Source of the DNA: Burkholderiales bacterium
GTDB lineage: Bacteria; Pseudomonadota; Gammaproteobacteria; Burkholderiales; Burkholderiaceae_E
NCBI GenBank assembly: GCA_005798775.1
Contig: SYIM01000036.1
Location: 16,378-80,377, forward strand
Direction: 5' to 3'
Length of the DNA: 64,000 bases
Both the position numbers and the translations under genes were made by a program. Below, piece after piece: positions 38,543-48,007 of the stretch; the stretch's first letter is position 1, and the number at the start of each line of letters is the position of its first letter. Below the pieces are notes generated by a model that searched no databases, was not told the origin of the DNA, and saw only the letters and a list, made by a program, of their open reading frames with translations.

Positions 38543-39847
38543 CTAGAAGGGCTGGACCAGGCGGGGGAAAGCGATGATGAGAAGTAGCGTGAGCAGCATC
38601 ATGCCCACGAAGGGTGCCGATCCGCGAAAGATCGTAAACAGGCTGATTCGATCATCGGCGAGAGTACTTCGCACCGTATAGACCGACAATCCAAAGGGCG
38701 GCGTGAGCAGCCCGATCTCCACTGCAATCACAGTGATTACGCCAAACCAGACCAGATCAATACCCAGGTCTTTGGCGACCGGCAGCAGCAGGGGCAGCAC
38801 GATCAGCATGATCGATACTGAATCGATGAAGCAGCCAAGAAAGATGACAATCAGCAAATACATCGACAGGAAACCAGCTACGCCAAACTCGGCCGCGGTC
38901 ATCCAACCCACGATGCTCTGGGGCAGACCCGAGAGCGCAAGCATCCGGCTGTAGAGATTGGCTGCGATGATCAGGAACAGAACCGATACCGTGATCCGTC
39001 CGGTTTCGATCAAGACCTGCCAGAAAATTTTCCGGTCCAGGCGCTTGCGGGCCAGCGCAATGACCAGCGCTGCCATCGCGCCCACCGCACCCGCTTCGGT
39101 GGCTGTAAAAAACCCTGCATAAATTCCGCCGATCACGAGAACCATCATGGCCAGGATTGGCGCGAGCTTGATCGTACCCTGCGCGAAACTCATCGGTCCG
39201 ATCGTCTGGTTCACCTGCGCTTCCTGAACGTAGGAAGGCTTGAATTTCGCCATCAGGTAGATGCCGCCGCTGAACAACACCGCGAGCAACAGCCCCGGCA
39301 CCACGCCAGCAAGAAACATCTCGCCAACCGAACGCTCGGCAAGAAACGCGTACACGATCATGAGCAGACTGGGTGGGATCAGCATGCCCAGAACCGACGA
39401 CCCCGCCACGCAGCCGGTAGCAAACTCAGGCGTGTAGCGGCATCGAAGCATTTCGGGCACGGCCACTTTGGTGAACACCGCCGCCGACGCGATTGAGATG
39501 CCTGTGATGCCCGCAAACACCGCATTCGCAAACACTGTAGCAATTCCCAGCCCACCTGCGATCTTGCGACACAGGCGGTTGGCCACATCAAACAGGTCCG
39601 AGCCGAGTTGGGCGTTGGAGACCAGAAGGCCCATCAGCACAAAGAGCGGTACGACGCCAAAGTCGTGACTCTGAACGGTATCGGAGGCGGCCTGTGCGAG
39701 CATCGCCATGGCTGCATCGACGTTACCGCGGATCAGGAACACCCCCAAAAACGAGAGTAAAAGTAGTGCAACCGCGATATGAAGCCCTGCGAAAATGAGC
39801 ACCACCATCGCAAACAGGCTGAGTACACCAGTGAGGGCAGGTGTCAT
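38543..39847 (-). CDS. TRAP transporter large permease (DctM family)
   Basis: Polytopic 434 aa from the in-frame ATG 39847 (ATGA overlap with the DctQ-like stop). Typical DctM composition and C-terminal motifs. Confidence 0.85.
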   Translation of the reverse strand: MTPALTGVLSLFAMVVLIFAGLHIAVALLLLSFLGVFLIRGNVDAAMAMLAQAASDTVQSHDFGVVPLFVLMGLLVSNAQLGSDLFDVANRLCRKIAGGLGIATVFANAVFAGITGISIASAAVFTKVAVPEMLRCRYTPEFATGCVAGSSVLGMLIPPSLLMIVYAFLAERSVGEMFLAGVVPGLLLAVLFSGGIYLMAKFKPSYVQEAQVNQTIGPMSFAQGTIKLAPILAMMVLVIGGIYAGFFTATEAGAVGAMAALVIALARKRLDRKIFWQVLIETGRITVSVLFLIIAANLYSRMLALSGLPQSIVGWMTAAEFGVAGFLSMYLLIVIFLGCFIDSVSIMLIVLPLLLPVAKDLGIDLVWFGVITVIAVEIGLLTPPFGLSVYTVRSTLADDRISLFTIFRGSAPFVGMMLLTLLLIIAFPRLVQPF

Positions 39848-40407
39848 GAGCGTGAGCGTCCAAACGCCTTGCACAGATCGGCGAGCGCAAGGAACAGAAA
39901 GGTGAGCGCACAGCACGCACTGCCAAGCAGCATCACCAGCCTGACTGGCCAGAGCGGAATGGCGAAGTCGCCCATGGCACCGAAGTAATCACCCAGCTCC
40001 CAGGCGCGAATCAGCTCTGGCCAGAGGGCAGCGCACAGTACCGCGAGCATGGCAGCGCCCACCAAATGGAACACGCTCGCCATCAAGGCTGCCGCCTTGG
40101 GCGAGCGTTGATGAACGGCTTCGAGCACGAAGTCGGCTCGGGGAAAACGGCCAGCCCAGAGCGTATTGGGCAGTTGAAGAAAAACGACCACCACAATGCC
40201 CACCGACATCAGCTCAGTGGTGCCTCGCAGCGGCTTATTGAGCAAATCCCGACCCAGAATGTCGAGGTTGGTGATCAGCAACAACGCAAAGATGATGAGC
40301 GTACCGATCGCATTCATCCAGCTGGTGATGCGATGCAGACCGAAGGGCTGTGCCTCGCCGTAGGCACTGAGCCCTGGACCCTCCTGCTGTTCTGATTCAG
40401 ACGCCAT
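39844..40407 (-). CDS. TRAP transporter small permease (DctQ family)
   Basis: 187 aa with four hydrophobic helices, positioned between the DctP-like and DctM-like genes. Confidence 0.7.
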   Translation of the reverse strand: MASESEQQEGPGLSAYGEAQPFGLHRITSWMNAIGTLIIFALLLITNLDILGRDLLNKPLRGTTELMSVGIVVVVFLQLPNTLWAGRFPRADFVLEAVHQRSPKAAALMASVFHLVGAAMLAVLCAALWPELIRAWELGDYFGAMGDFAIPLWPVRLVMLLGSACCALTFLFLALADLCKAFGRSRS

Positions 40408-40459
40408 GGCGCCAACTCAGCACAGTACGCGCTGAACGGAAAAACGGGACCCGCGCACC

Positions 40460-41572
40460 TTACCTCAGCCAGTCACGGGGCAGTTGTACGCCTTCCGCCT
40501 TCAGCGCTTCAACGTAAGCCTTCACAACCCTCGATCCGGCCCCGCCCTTGGCATCAATCTGCTTGGCCCAGTCCTGCGGCAAGTTCGGTAGCACCTGCGC
40601 CCACTTCTGCCGCTCAGCGATAGACAGCGACGTGTAGCGGGCACCCTGTACAGTGGCGTTTTTCCGAACCTCTTCGACCAGCGCGCTTTGTTTCTCGACC
40701 AGCTGCCGTGAATATTCGCGGCCCACCCGGGTGAACACCTCCTGAACTTCCTTCGGGAAGCGCTCGAATACTCGCTTGTTAATCACGAGGGCACCAACAA
40801 ACTGGGCACCCAAGCCTGCGCTGGTGACATGAGGCGCCACCTCGTGCAGTTTGACACCCCAAATGTTGGCGGACGACACAATTGCGCCGTCGGCGACCCC
40901 GGTCTGAATGCCGTTGTAGTAAGTGTTGAGGTTACCCGCCACCGCCACGGCCTCGGTGTTTTGAAGCCACGACGCAATCGGTCCAGGTACAAAAATTTTC
41001 CTGCCCTTGAGGTCGGCAAGTGACTGTACCGGGAACTTGGTGACCAGCGCGTAGTCATCCACCACTACGGAGCCCAGCTTCAGCAGTCCCTGGCGCGCCC
41101 AGGCGTCCTGCAGTTCGGGAATCCGGTCGTGAAGCTCATGGGAAAGTCTGGACACCACCCCCATGTCCGAGGATCCGAAAGGGACCTGGAGCGTCATCTG
41201 CTGCAGCGGAAATTTACCAGCTTCGAAGATGCAAGCCACGATGCCGAAATCGGATACTCCCGTTCGGATGGCGTCGGACTCGGCGCCAAGCTTCGCCACG
41301 GTGCCGCTGTAGGCCTTGCTCCACTCGAACTTGATCTTGCCGGCGGTGCGTTTCTCGATTTCAGGAATGACGAAGCTATCGATCAGGCCCACCCAGTTGA
41401 ACACAGGGGGATGCCCCGATGTGACATTGAGGCGGACCGCGGCCTGCGCATGCGCTGGCTTCATGAATGCAGGGCTGAGGCCCGCCAGCGCGGTGGCTGC
41501 GATCTTGATACCTGACCGGCGTCGGCCAGGATCGGCCAGCTGTGTAGGCGCCCTCGATGAAGATTCGCTCAT
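40460..41572 (-). CDS. TRAP transporter substrate-binding protein (DctP type)
   Basis: Tat-like leader GRRRSGIKIAATALAGL..AHAQA. LKGRKIFVPG and YNGIQTGVADGAIV match the DctP-family pattern. Confidence 0.7.
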   Translation of the reverse strand: MSESSSRAPTQLADPGRRRSGIKIAATALAGLSPAFMKPAHAQAAVRLNVTSGHPPVFNWVGLIDSFVIPEIEKRTAGKIKFEWSKAYSGTVAKLGAESDAIRTGVSDFGIVACIFEAGKFPLQQMTLQVPFGSSDMGVVSRLSHELHDRIPELQDAWARQGLLKLGSVVVDDYALVTKFPVQSLADLKGRKIFVPGPIASWLQNTEAVAVAGNLNTYYNGIQTGVADGAIVSSANIWGVKLHEVAPHVTSAGLGAQFVGALVINKRVFERFPKEVQEVFTRVGREYSRQLVEKQSALVEEVRKNATVQGARYTSLSIAERQKWAQVLPNLPQDWAKQIDAKGGAGSRVVKAYVEALKAEGVQLPRDWLR

Positions 41573-41659
41573 GCTGTCTCCTCGTACCCTTTGATTGATT
41601 TTCTAAAAACCCACTGAGTTTATGGCGCAACGCCGGCTGTGGGAAGGGATCGGTCCTGA

Positions 41660-42499
41660 TCAGGTCTCATAAGACGGATCGATTTTCGCCATTAGCCTCA
41701 TGATCGCACTGAAATCGAGCTCTCCGTGCCCGATCTGACGACCACCGGGGCCAATGCGGAAGAACCACTCGTGGCGCTGCGCCGAGTGTTCCAGCGTGCG
41801 CTCGGAGATTCGCGTGAAGGGTCGCCCGGTCACGAGAACCTGGAGCTGTACCGCGCACGCAAGCAGCAAACGGTACATGCGCAGAAACGCCGAGTCCACC
41901 GTCTCCCCGATAGTGACCAGGCCGTGATTGCGCAGCACCAGCGCGATATTTCGCGAGCCGAGCGCAGTGGCCAGACGTACCCGTTCATCAACCGCCAGGC
42001 TCGGCCCTTCAAACTCGTGATAGCCGATCCGATCGTGAAAATCGGTGCCTTCAAGCGTAAGCGGGAGTAACCCCTCGGACAGGCACGACACCGCCATCCC
42101 CGCCACGGTGTGAACATGCAGCACGCAATGCGCGTCAGCGCGGGCTTCGTGGATTGCCGCGTGAATGTTGAATCCGGCTGGATTGATCGGGTACTCGGTC
42201 GGCGTGAGCACATTTCCGCTTGCGTCGATTCGCACCAGACTGGAAGCGGTGATCTCGGAGTAGAGCAGGCCGTAGGGGTTGATCAGAAACTCGGAGGGCT
42301 GGTCACGAACCCGCAACGAGATGTGATTGGCGGTCAGTTCCGACCAGCCGAAATGGTCTACCGCACGATAGGCCGCCGCGAGTCGCAACCTGAGCGCCCA
42401 CTCTGCCGATTCAATAGGCCGACCCGGCGGCTGTGCGCCGTCAGCCACCGGAACATAGCCGTCTCCACGTTGGGCCACGTCGGGCCTCCTCTGCAGCAT
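41660..42499 (-). CDS. Class II aldolase/adducin N-terminal domain family protein
   Basis: NHISLRV, INPAGFNIHAAIHEAR and CVLHVHT metal-ligand His region. Confidence 0.8.
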   Translation of the reverse strand: MLQRRPDVAQRGDGYVPVADGAQPPGRPIESAEWALRLRLAAAYRAVDHFGWSELTANHISLRVRDQPSEFLINPYGLLYSEITASSLVRIDASGNVLTPTEYPINPAGFNIHAAIHEARADAHCVLHVHTVAGMAVSCLSEGLLPLTLEGTDFHDRIGYHEFEGPSLAVDERVRLATALGSRNIALVLRNHGLVTIGETVDSAFLRMYRLLLACAVQLQVLVTGRPFTRISERTLEHSAQRHEWFFRIGPGGRQIGHGELDFSAIMRLMAKIDPSYET

Positions 42500-42614
42500 G
42501 CGAATAGCTCGCGCAAATCATGGCAGCATTAAAAATAGCTGCAAAGCCCCTCCGCTACGATGAGGCAGGGCGGACCGGGCGAGCGGTATCCTGGGGCAAA
42601 CCCTGCCCACTCAA

Positions 42615-42665
42615 CGTGTATAGATTGAATTACATATAATTATCTAGATATTTGTTGACACTACC
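42615..42665. promoter_or_regulatory. AT-rich patch with consensus TATAAT (42635-42640), TTGACA (42655-42660) and inverted repeat TAGAT..ATCTA (42621-42646)
   Basis: Read directly; this is the only strongly AT-rich stretch in this spacer. The two hexamers are not in -35/-10 order relative to each other, so the promoter assignment is tentative. Confidence 0.3.
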
Positions 42666-42689
42666 GACCCTTCATCGACGACTCGATCA

Positions 42690-42959
42690 GTGGCCAACCG
42701 GGGGCCCGCCTTGAACACCTGTATCATCGTTTTCCTGATTATCGGCGCGGGTTTTGGACTCGTCTCCTTTCCGAACCGACATCTGTTCAGCGAGGGGCCG
42801 ACCCAGACGGCAGAAAATGCCCAGCCGGGCTCAGCCGGTTCCCGGATCGTCTGGGCGCTGGTCTGCACATTCCTCTGGCCGCTACTGCTTCTTGCCGGGC
42901 TCAATTCGGCCCGGATTCTTGCGCGGCGCCGACGCGAGCAATCGGCACCCAGCCGCTGA
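42690..42959 (+). CDS. Hypothetical small membrane protein (two hydrophobic segments)
   Basis: 89 codons with a GTG start. Two hydrophobic helices (CIIVFLIIGAGFGLVSF and IVWALVCTFLWPLLLLAGL) and a basic tail. Third-position GC is ~73% by hand count, moderately coding-like. No family recognised. Confidence 0.3.
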   Translation: MANRGPALNTCIIVFLIIGAGFGLVSFPNRHLFSEGPTQTAENAQPGSAGSRIVWALVCTFLWPLLLLAGLNSARILARRRREQSAPSR

Positions 42960-42972
42960 TCCCTGCCGGCGG

Positions 42973-43959
42973 TCAGTCAGGGCTCACGCCGGCCTTTCGA
43001 ATCACCTCACCCCAGCGGGCATACTCGGCCCGGATGAAATCGGCCGCCTGACGAGGGGACCCGCCCATCGGTTCGGTCGCCTGCGATCGAAAACGCTCAA
43101 CCACCTCGGGCACCCGCAATGCGGCGTCAATATCGGTGGCCAGGCGTTCAATCACGGCAGTGGGCGTTGCAGCCGGCACCATCACCCCATACCAGAGCGC
43201 CACCTCGATGCCGGGCAGGCCGAGCTCGCGAAACGTGGGGGCATCAGGGGCGAGTGGATTGCGCTCCGCACTCGCCGCCGCCAGCACCCGGAGCTTGCCG
43301 GACTGCACCTGAGCTATCAGGGAGGGCGCGCCGTCAAACATGATCTGCACCTGACCGCCCACCAGATCGGTGACCGCCGGGCCGCTACCCTTGTAGGGGA
43401 CATGCAGCAGATCGATCCCCGCCACGATCCGGAACAGCTCACCCGACAGATGCGGCGCACCGCCCTTGCCCGAGGATGCAAACATCACCCGCCCTGGCAA
43501 GCGCCGCGCCTCGGCAATCAGATCCTGAACCGAGCGCCAGCCTGTACCCGCATTGACTGCCATGATGAGCGGCAGCCTCGCCAGCATGGTGACGGGTACA
43601 AGATCCTTCATCGGATCGTAGGGCAGCTTGTTCGCCAGGTGCGGCCCGATACCGTGCGTGGTGATCGAGTTTTGTAAAAGCGTGTAGCCGTCGGCCGCTG
43701 ATTTGGCGACAAAATCTGACGCGATCGCGCCGCTCGCGCCTGCACGGTTTTCCACCACCACCGGCTGGCCAAGCGTAGCCGAGAGCCTTGGAGCAATCGT
43801 GCGGGCAATGAAGTCTGCCGCGCCGCCCGGCGGCACCGGCACCACCAGCTTCACCGGTCGCGACGGATAGGCAGTTGACGGCGCGACCGACTGCGCACCC
43901 GCAATCAGCGGCCATCCTGCTGCGATCCCGAGAGCGAAGATTGTTCGGAGTCGTGCCAT
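42973..43959 (-). CDS. Bug/TctC family periplasmic receptor (orphan)
   Basis: Start at the in-frame ATG 43959. Signal peptide ..IAGAQS, then YPSRPVKLVVPVPPGGAADFIARTIA. Confidence 0.85.
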   Translation of the reverse strand: MARLRTIFALGIAAGWPLIAGAQSVAPSTAYPSRPVKLVVPVPPGGAADFIARTIAPRLSATLGQPVVVENRAGASGAIASDFVAKSAADGYTLLQNSITTHGIGPHLANKLPYDPMKDLVPVTMLARLPLIMAVNAGTGWRSVQDLIAEARRLPGRVMFASSGKGGAPHLSGELFRIVAGIDLLHVPYKGSGPAVTDLVGGQVQIMFDGAPSLIAQVQSGKLRVLAAASAERNPLAPDAPTFRELGLPGIEVALWYGVMVPAATPTAVIERLATDIDAALRVPEVVERFRSQATEPMGGSPRQAADFIRAEYARWGEVIRKAGVSPD

Positions 43960-44058
43960 GACTGAGTCCTGTATCAATAGAGGGGAAACCGGCACAATCA
44001 TGGCGACAATCGCTTATCGCTGCTGTTTTGACACCAACCTCCGGAGGGTGACCGGGCG

Positions 44059-44982
44059 GTGCACTCGCGGGGACCCGCATTGAACATCCGTCTCGCTGAG
44101 AATTTTCGGGCTGTTTTCTACGCACCGTTTTACGCCTGCCTGGAGCTGGGCTGGTTTCGCGATCGCGGGCTTGAGGTCAATCTCATCGTCTCGCCTTCAC
44201 CCGGCGCGGGGATCGCCGATATGTTGCGGGGCGATATTCATCTGGTCTGGGGCGGGCCAATGCGCGTGCTGAAAGATCGTGACCTGAACGCGGCCGGCCC
44301 CCACTCGCTCGTCGCGTTTGGCGAAGTGGCCGCGCGCGATCCGTTCTATCTGGTCGGACGCCCGGGTCTTGCGCCGTTCGAGCTCGGCGCGCTCCCTTCG
44401 CTACGACTCGCCACGGTGAGCGAGGTCGTTACACCCTGGCTCTGTCTGCAGCAGGATCTGCGCGATCTGGGGATCGACCCGAACTCGATCCAGCGGCGCG
44501 CCGATGCCCCGATGGAAGACAATCTGCGCGCCCTGGCCTCTGGGCAAATTGATGTGGTGCAACTTTTTGAGCCCTTTGTGAGCCTCGCGCTGCGCGACGG
44601 AATCGGGCACCTGCTTCATGCCGCGCATGCGCGCGGACCCACCGCCTACACAACCTTCCTTTCAACCGTCGAAAATATCGAACGCTATGGCACGGCCTTC
44701 AGAGCAATGGCTGAAGCGCTTGGCAGTTTCGGGCCTTGGATCGATGCCGAAGGCACGCGAGAACTGAGCCGGCTGGTTGGTCATTTTTATTCGCAACTCG
44801 CACCCGATCTTCTTGAGGAGAGCCTCGCTCGTTATCACCAGACAGCCATCTGGTCGTGTCAACCACAGGTATCCAGGGCGGGCTTTTATCGTCTGGCGAC
44901 AAGCCTTGCCTCGGCCAACTTCATTTCGCAGGTAGCCCTGTACGAGGACTGCGTGGCGCCCTGGGCGCAGGCACCTGTTTAA
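44059..44982 (+). CDS. NMT1/THI5-like (NitT/TauT-type binding-protein fold) protein without signal peptide
   Basis: IRLAENFRAVFYAPFYACLELGWFRDRGLEVNLIV is typical of the NMT1-like fold, with no hydrophobic leader. The start could be TTG 44089 instead of GTG 44059. Confidence 0.6.
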   Translation: MHSRGPALNIRLAENFRAVFYAPFYACLELGWFRDRGLEVNLIVSPSPGAGIADMLRGDIHLVWGGPMRVLKDRDLNAAGPHSLVAFGEVAARDPFYLVGRPGLAPFELGALPSLRLATVSEVVTPWLCLQQDLRDLGIDPNSIQRRADAPMEDNLRALASGQIDVVQLFEPFVSLALRDGIGHLLHAAHARGPTAYTTFLSTVENIERYGTAFRAMAEALGSFGPWIDAEGTRELSRLVGHFYSQLAPDLLEESLARYHQTAIWSCQPQVSRAGFYRLATSLASANFISQVALYEDCVAPWAQAPV

Positions 44983-45962
44983 CGGTTGGCGCCGCCCACT
45001 TCCCGAGCAAGCGGCCCATAGGTTGCGCTGAAACGGTCGATATGCGCCTTGACGGCCTCAGGCGAATTGTCAGCGGCCAGAGGCACGGTGTGTCCGAATC
45101 CCTGCAGCCGATCGCGCACTTCCGGGTGTTCGAGCGCCGCAGCGAACTGCCGATTGAGCTCGCGCTGAATTGCAACCGGCGTGCCCTTGGGCGCGAGTAC
45201 GTAGTTGGTGATTTCCACCGCAAGCTCCGGGTACCCAGCTTCGCTTAGCGTTGGGGTATCGGGCAGCCGACTCGAACGCTTGGCTGAGGTGATGGCAAGC
45301 GGTTTGAGTCGCCCCTCATGAATGTGCGGCAGCATGAGCGTCTGGGTATCGAAAACGACTTGAACTTCATTGGAACGCAGCGCCTGAATCATCGGGGCAT
45401 TGCCCTTGTAGGGTACGTGCACCATCTTCAGCCCAGCGACTTTGTTGAAGTGCTCACCCACCAGATGCTGGGGTCCGCCGATACCGGATGAGCCCCAGGT
45501 CACCTTATCGGGCTCCGAGCGAACCCGTGTGATGAACTGAGCCAGATCAGGAAACCGCTGCGAGTTGTCGCTGTTGGTGGCCAGCACAAACGGATAGGAA
45601 TAAACGATTGCGATCGGCGTGAAGTCGTTACTGGGGTGCCATGACAGCCCAGCCACAACCGGGAGTACCGCATTCGAACTGGTCGCAATCAGCAACACAT
45701 GCCCGTCGGGGGCAGCCCGCATCAATTCGGCGACAGCAATCGCACCTCCACCACCCGGCTTGGCCTCCACGATCACCGGCTGACCCATCGTCTCCACCAG
45801 GCGCTGGACCACGATGCGGGCAACAATATCGGTGCCCCCTCCGGCTGCGAAGGGGATGATCAGCCTGATCGGACGTTCGGGAAATTTAAGTGGCTGCGCC
45901 ATGCCCGCAAAGGGCAGCCCCACCAGCATCACGATGAGGAACGTTTTCAAGAGTGAAGCCAT
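44979..45962 (-). CDS. Bug/TctC family periplasmic receptor (orphan)
   Basis: Signal peptide ..FAGMAQ, then FPERPIRLIIPFAAGGGTDIVARIVV. Confidence 0.85.
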   Translation of the reverse strand: MASLLKTFLIVMLVGLPFAGMAQPLKFPERPIRLIIPFAAGGGTDIVARIVVQRLVETMGQPVIVEAKPGGGGAIAVAELMRAAPDGHVLLIATSSNAVLPVVAGLSWHPSNDFTPIAIVYSYPFVLATNSDNSQRFPDLAQFITRVRSEPDKVTWGSSGIGGPQHLVGEHFNKVAGLKMVHVPYKGNAPMIQALRSNEVQVVFDTQTLMLPHIHEGRLKPLAITSAKRSSRLPDTPTLSEAGYPELAVEITNYVLAPKGTPVAIQRELNRQFAAALEHPEVRDRLQGFGHTVPLAADNSPEAVKAHIDRFSATYGPLAREVGGANR

Positions 45963-45996
45963 ATGACCTCCCAGAACGAATCGCCAAACAGACGGG

Positions 45997-46833
45997 TTAC
46001 CCTATTGCCAGCTCGAAGCCATGAATGCCCTTCAGGTACCGAGCGCTCTCCGAACCATCGATGGCCGGCGTGTTCAGCCCCGCCTGATGCACGGTGACAT
46101 AGCCCTGATAGCCCACTGCGGCGAGCTGTGCCATCACGGCCGGAAAGTTGATTCCCCGCGGATCCCAAAGCGGAATCTGCTCGAAACGGATGGGCCCCCG
46201 GCACCAGGTGGTAATCACCGAGGGGCCAGCAGGATCAAGCCGCTGATTCTGCAGATACACATTGAAAATGTGGGGGGCCAGGCGGGCGATGGTGTCTGCA
46301 CCGTACGACTCGCCGCACAACTCGAGATTGGCAGGCTCGTAGGTGATACCAAAGTTGTCGCAGCCGATCCGATCAACCACCCGCAGCATGGGTTCAACCT
46401 GTTCGAAAAGCGATTGGTTATGACACTGATGTGCCAGACGAATGTGCCGTTCGCGCGCCTCAAGGCTTGCACGCCGCGCCCACTCGATGTCGTCTTCCAC
46501 GCGTAGCGCCACCCGGATGAGCTTGCAGTCAAACGCCTCTGCAAGATCCAGAAAAGGGGTGATGGCCCGCAGCGCGCCAGGCCCCGCATCAGAGTTCTCC
46601 GGAATGGCGAAATCGCCCGTGATCATGGAGACCGCGAGCCCGCGACGCTTCAGAAGTGCCGCCGCCTCATCGATCTGCTCGCGCGGACTGTGAACGCCCA
46701 CCTGCGAGGCGCGCATGCACACCGCGTGGTAGCCGCTTGATACCGCGATATCGGCGAGCTGAGACAAGGTGAGCGCGGCCACACGCTTATTGAAGAACTG
46801 TTCGCCCACGCGCGCAGACAGAGAGAGTTTCAT
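45997..46833 (-). CDS. Sugar phosphate isomerase/epimerase (xylose-isomerase-like TIM barrel) family protein
   Basis: 278 aa. The pattern GYHAVCMR..., LIRVAL, ITYEPANLE and YVTVH is typical of AP-endonuclease-2/xylose-isomerase-like barrels. Confidence 0.65.
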   Translation of the reverse strand: MKLSLSARVGEQFFNKRVAALTLSQLADIAVSSGYHAVCMRASQVGVHSPREQIDEAAALLKRRGLAVSMITGDFAIPENSDAGPGALRAITPFLDLAEAFDCKLIRVALRVEDDIEWARRASLEARERHIRLAHQCHNQSLFEQVEPMLRVVDRIGCDNFGITYEPANLELCGESYGADTIARLAPHIFNVYLQNQRLDPAGPSVITTWCRGPIRFEQIPLWDPRGINFPAVMAQLAAVGYQGYVTVHQAGLNTPAIDGSESARYLKGIHGFELAIG

Positions 46834-47022
46834 CGCATCGAACCGGTTGAGGAAACCACACCAACATAACCCAGCCGCCCTACCCTGTCACGCGAGCCCC
46901 GCATCCAGCGAGATACTGCGGTCCTGGCCTGCCAGATCGCCCCCCAACAGATGCCTCCCAACAGATGGACACCTGCGGGCGACTCGGATAGATTTTGCAG
47001 TCATCCAAGAAAGGCGCCCCGC

Positions 47023-47997
47023 ATGAATCGTTCCTTTATCCGCCTCGCCGCCGTACCACTCGCCGCGCTCGCATTAGCCGGACCCTGCGCGGCTCAGAGT
47101 GAGGCCTATCCGAACCGCCCCGTGCGGCTGATTGTGCCCTTCGCACCCGGCGGCCCCACCGACACCGTCGCACGGGTCATGGGTGAACAGCTTCAGCGCC
47201 AATGGAAGCAGCCGGTGGTGATCGATTACAAACCTGGGGCAGGCACCGTGGTGGGCACCCAGCTGGTGGCCCGTGCGCCCGCCGATGGCTATACGCTTGG
47301 CATGGCAATCAGCGCCCTCATGATCAATCCGGCTCTGCGAAGCGATCTGCCTTACGACACCGCGCGCGAAGTGGCAGCGGTCTGTCTCATCGGGCAGGCG
47401 CATTTCGGACTGTTCGCCCATCCGTCAACACCTTTTTCAAACGTTGCCGAGCTCATCGCCTATGCCCGGAGCCGCCCGGATGCGCTCAGCTACGCCACCC
47501 CGGGAACGGGTACGGGCACGCATCTGGCAGGCGAAATGCTCAGTCATCTGGCGGGCATCAAGATGCTTCATGTACCCTACAAGGGAAGTGCTCCGGCGCA
47601 GATGGACGTCGCAGGCGGCCGCGTACCGCTCCTCTTTGATGTGCTGTTCTCAGCCATGCCCATGGTGCGTGATGGTCGTCTGAAAGTGCTGGCACTCGCG
47701 AGTCCGCAACGTGCGCGCTCAGCGCCAGAGATCGCCCTTATCGCTGAATCCCTACCAGGTTTTTCAGCGATGAGCCTGATCGGAATCATTGGCCCGGCTG
47801 GTATGCCCACCGCGCTTCTTGATCGCATCAGTGCCGATCTGGGTGAGGCGGTTCGCGCACCCGCTGTGACCGAACGAATGAACCAGCTGGGCATGGAGCC
47901 AGTGGGTTCAACGCATGCCGAGTATTCGCGCATCGTGCGCGAGGAAATCGGCAAATGGACACAGGTGGTCAAGACCGCTCAGATCAAGCTTGATTAA
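47023..47997 (+). CDS. Bug/TctC family periplasmic receptor (orphan)
   Basis: In-frame ATG 47023. Signal peptide ..CAAQSEA, then YPNRPVRLIVPFAPGGPTDTVARVMG. Confidence 0.85.
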   Translation: MNRSFIRLAAVPLAALALAGPCAAQSEAYPNRPVRLIVPFAPGGPTDTVARVMGEQLQRQWKQPVVIDYKPGAGTVVGTQLVARAPADGYTLGMAISALMINPALRSDLPYDTAREVAAVCLIGQAHFGLFAHPSTPFSNVAELIAYARSRPDALSYATPGTGTGTHLAGEMLSHLAGIKMLHVPYKGSAPAQMDVAGGRVPLLFDVLFSAMPMVRDGRLKVLALASPQRARSAPEIALIAESLPGFSAMSLIGIIGPAGMPTALLDRISADLGEAVRAPAVTERMNQLGMEPVGSTHAEYSRIVREEIGKWTQVVKTAQIKLD

Positions 47998-48007
47998 GGA
48001 CGCTTCA

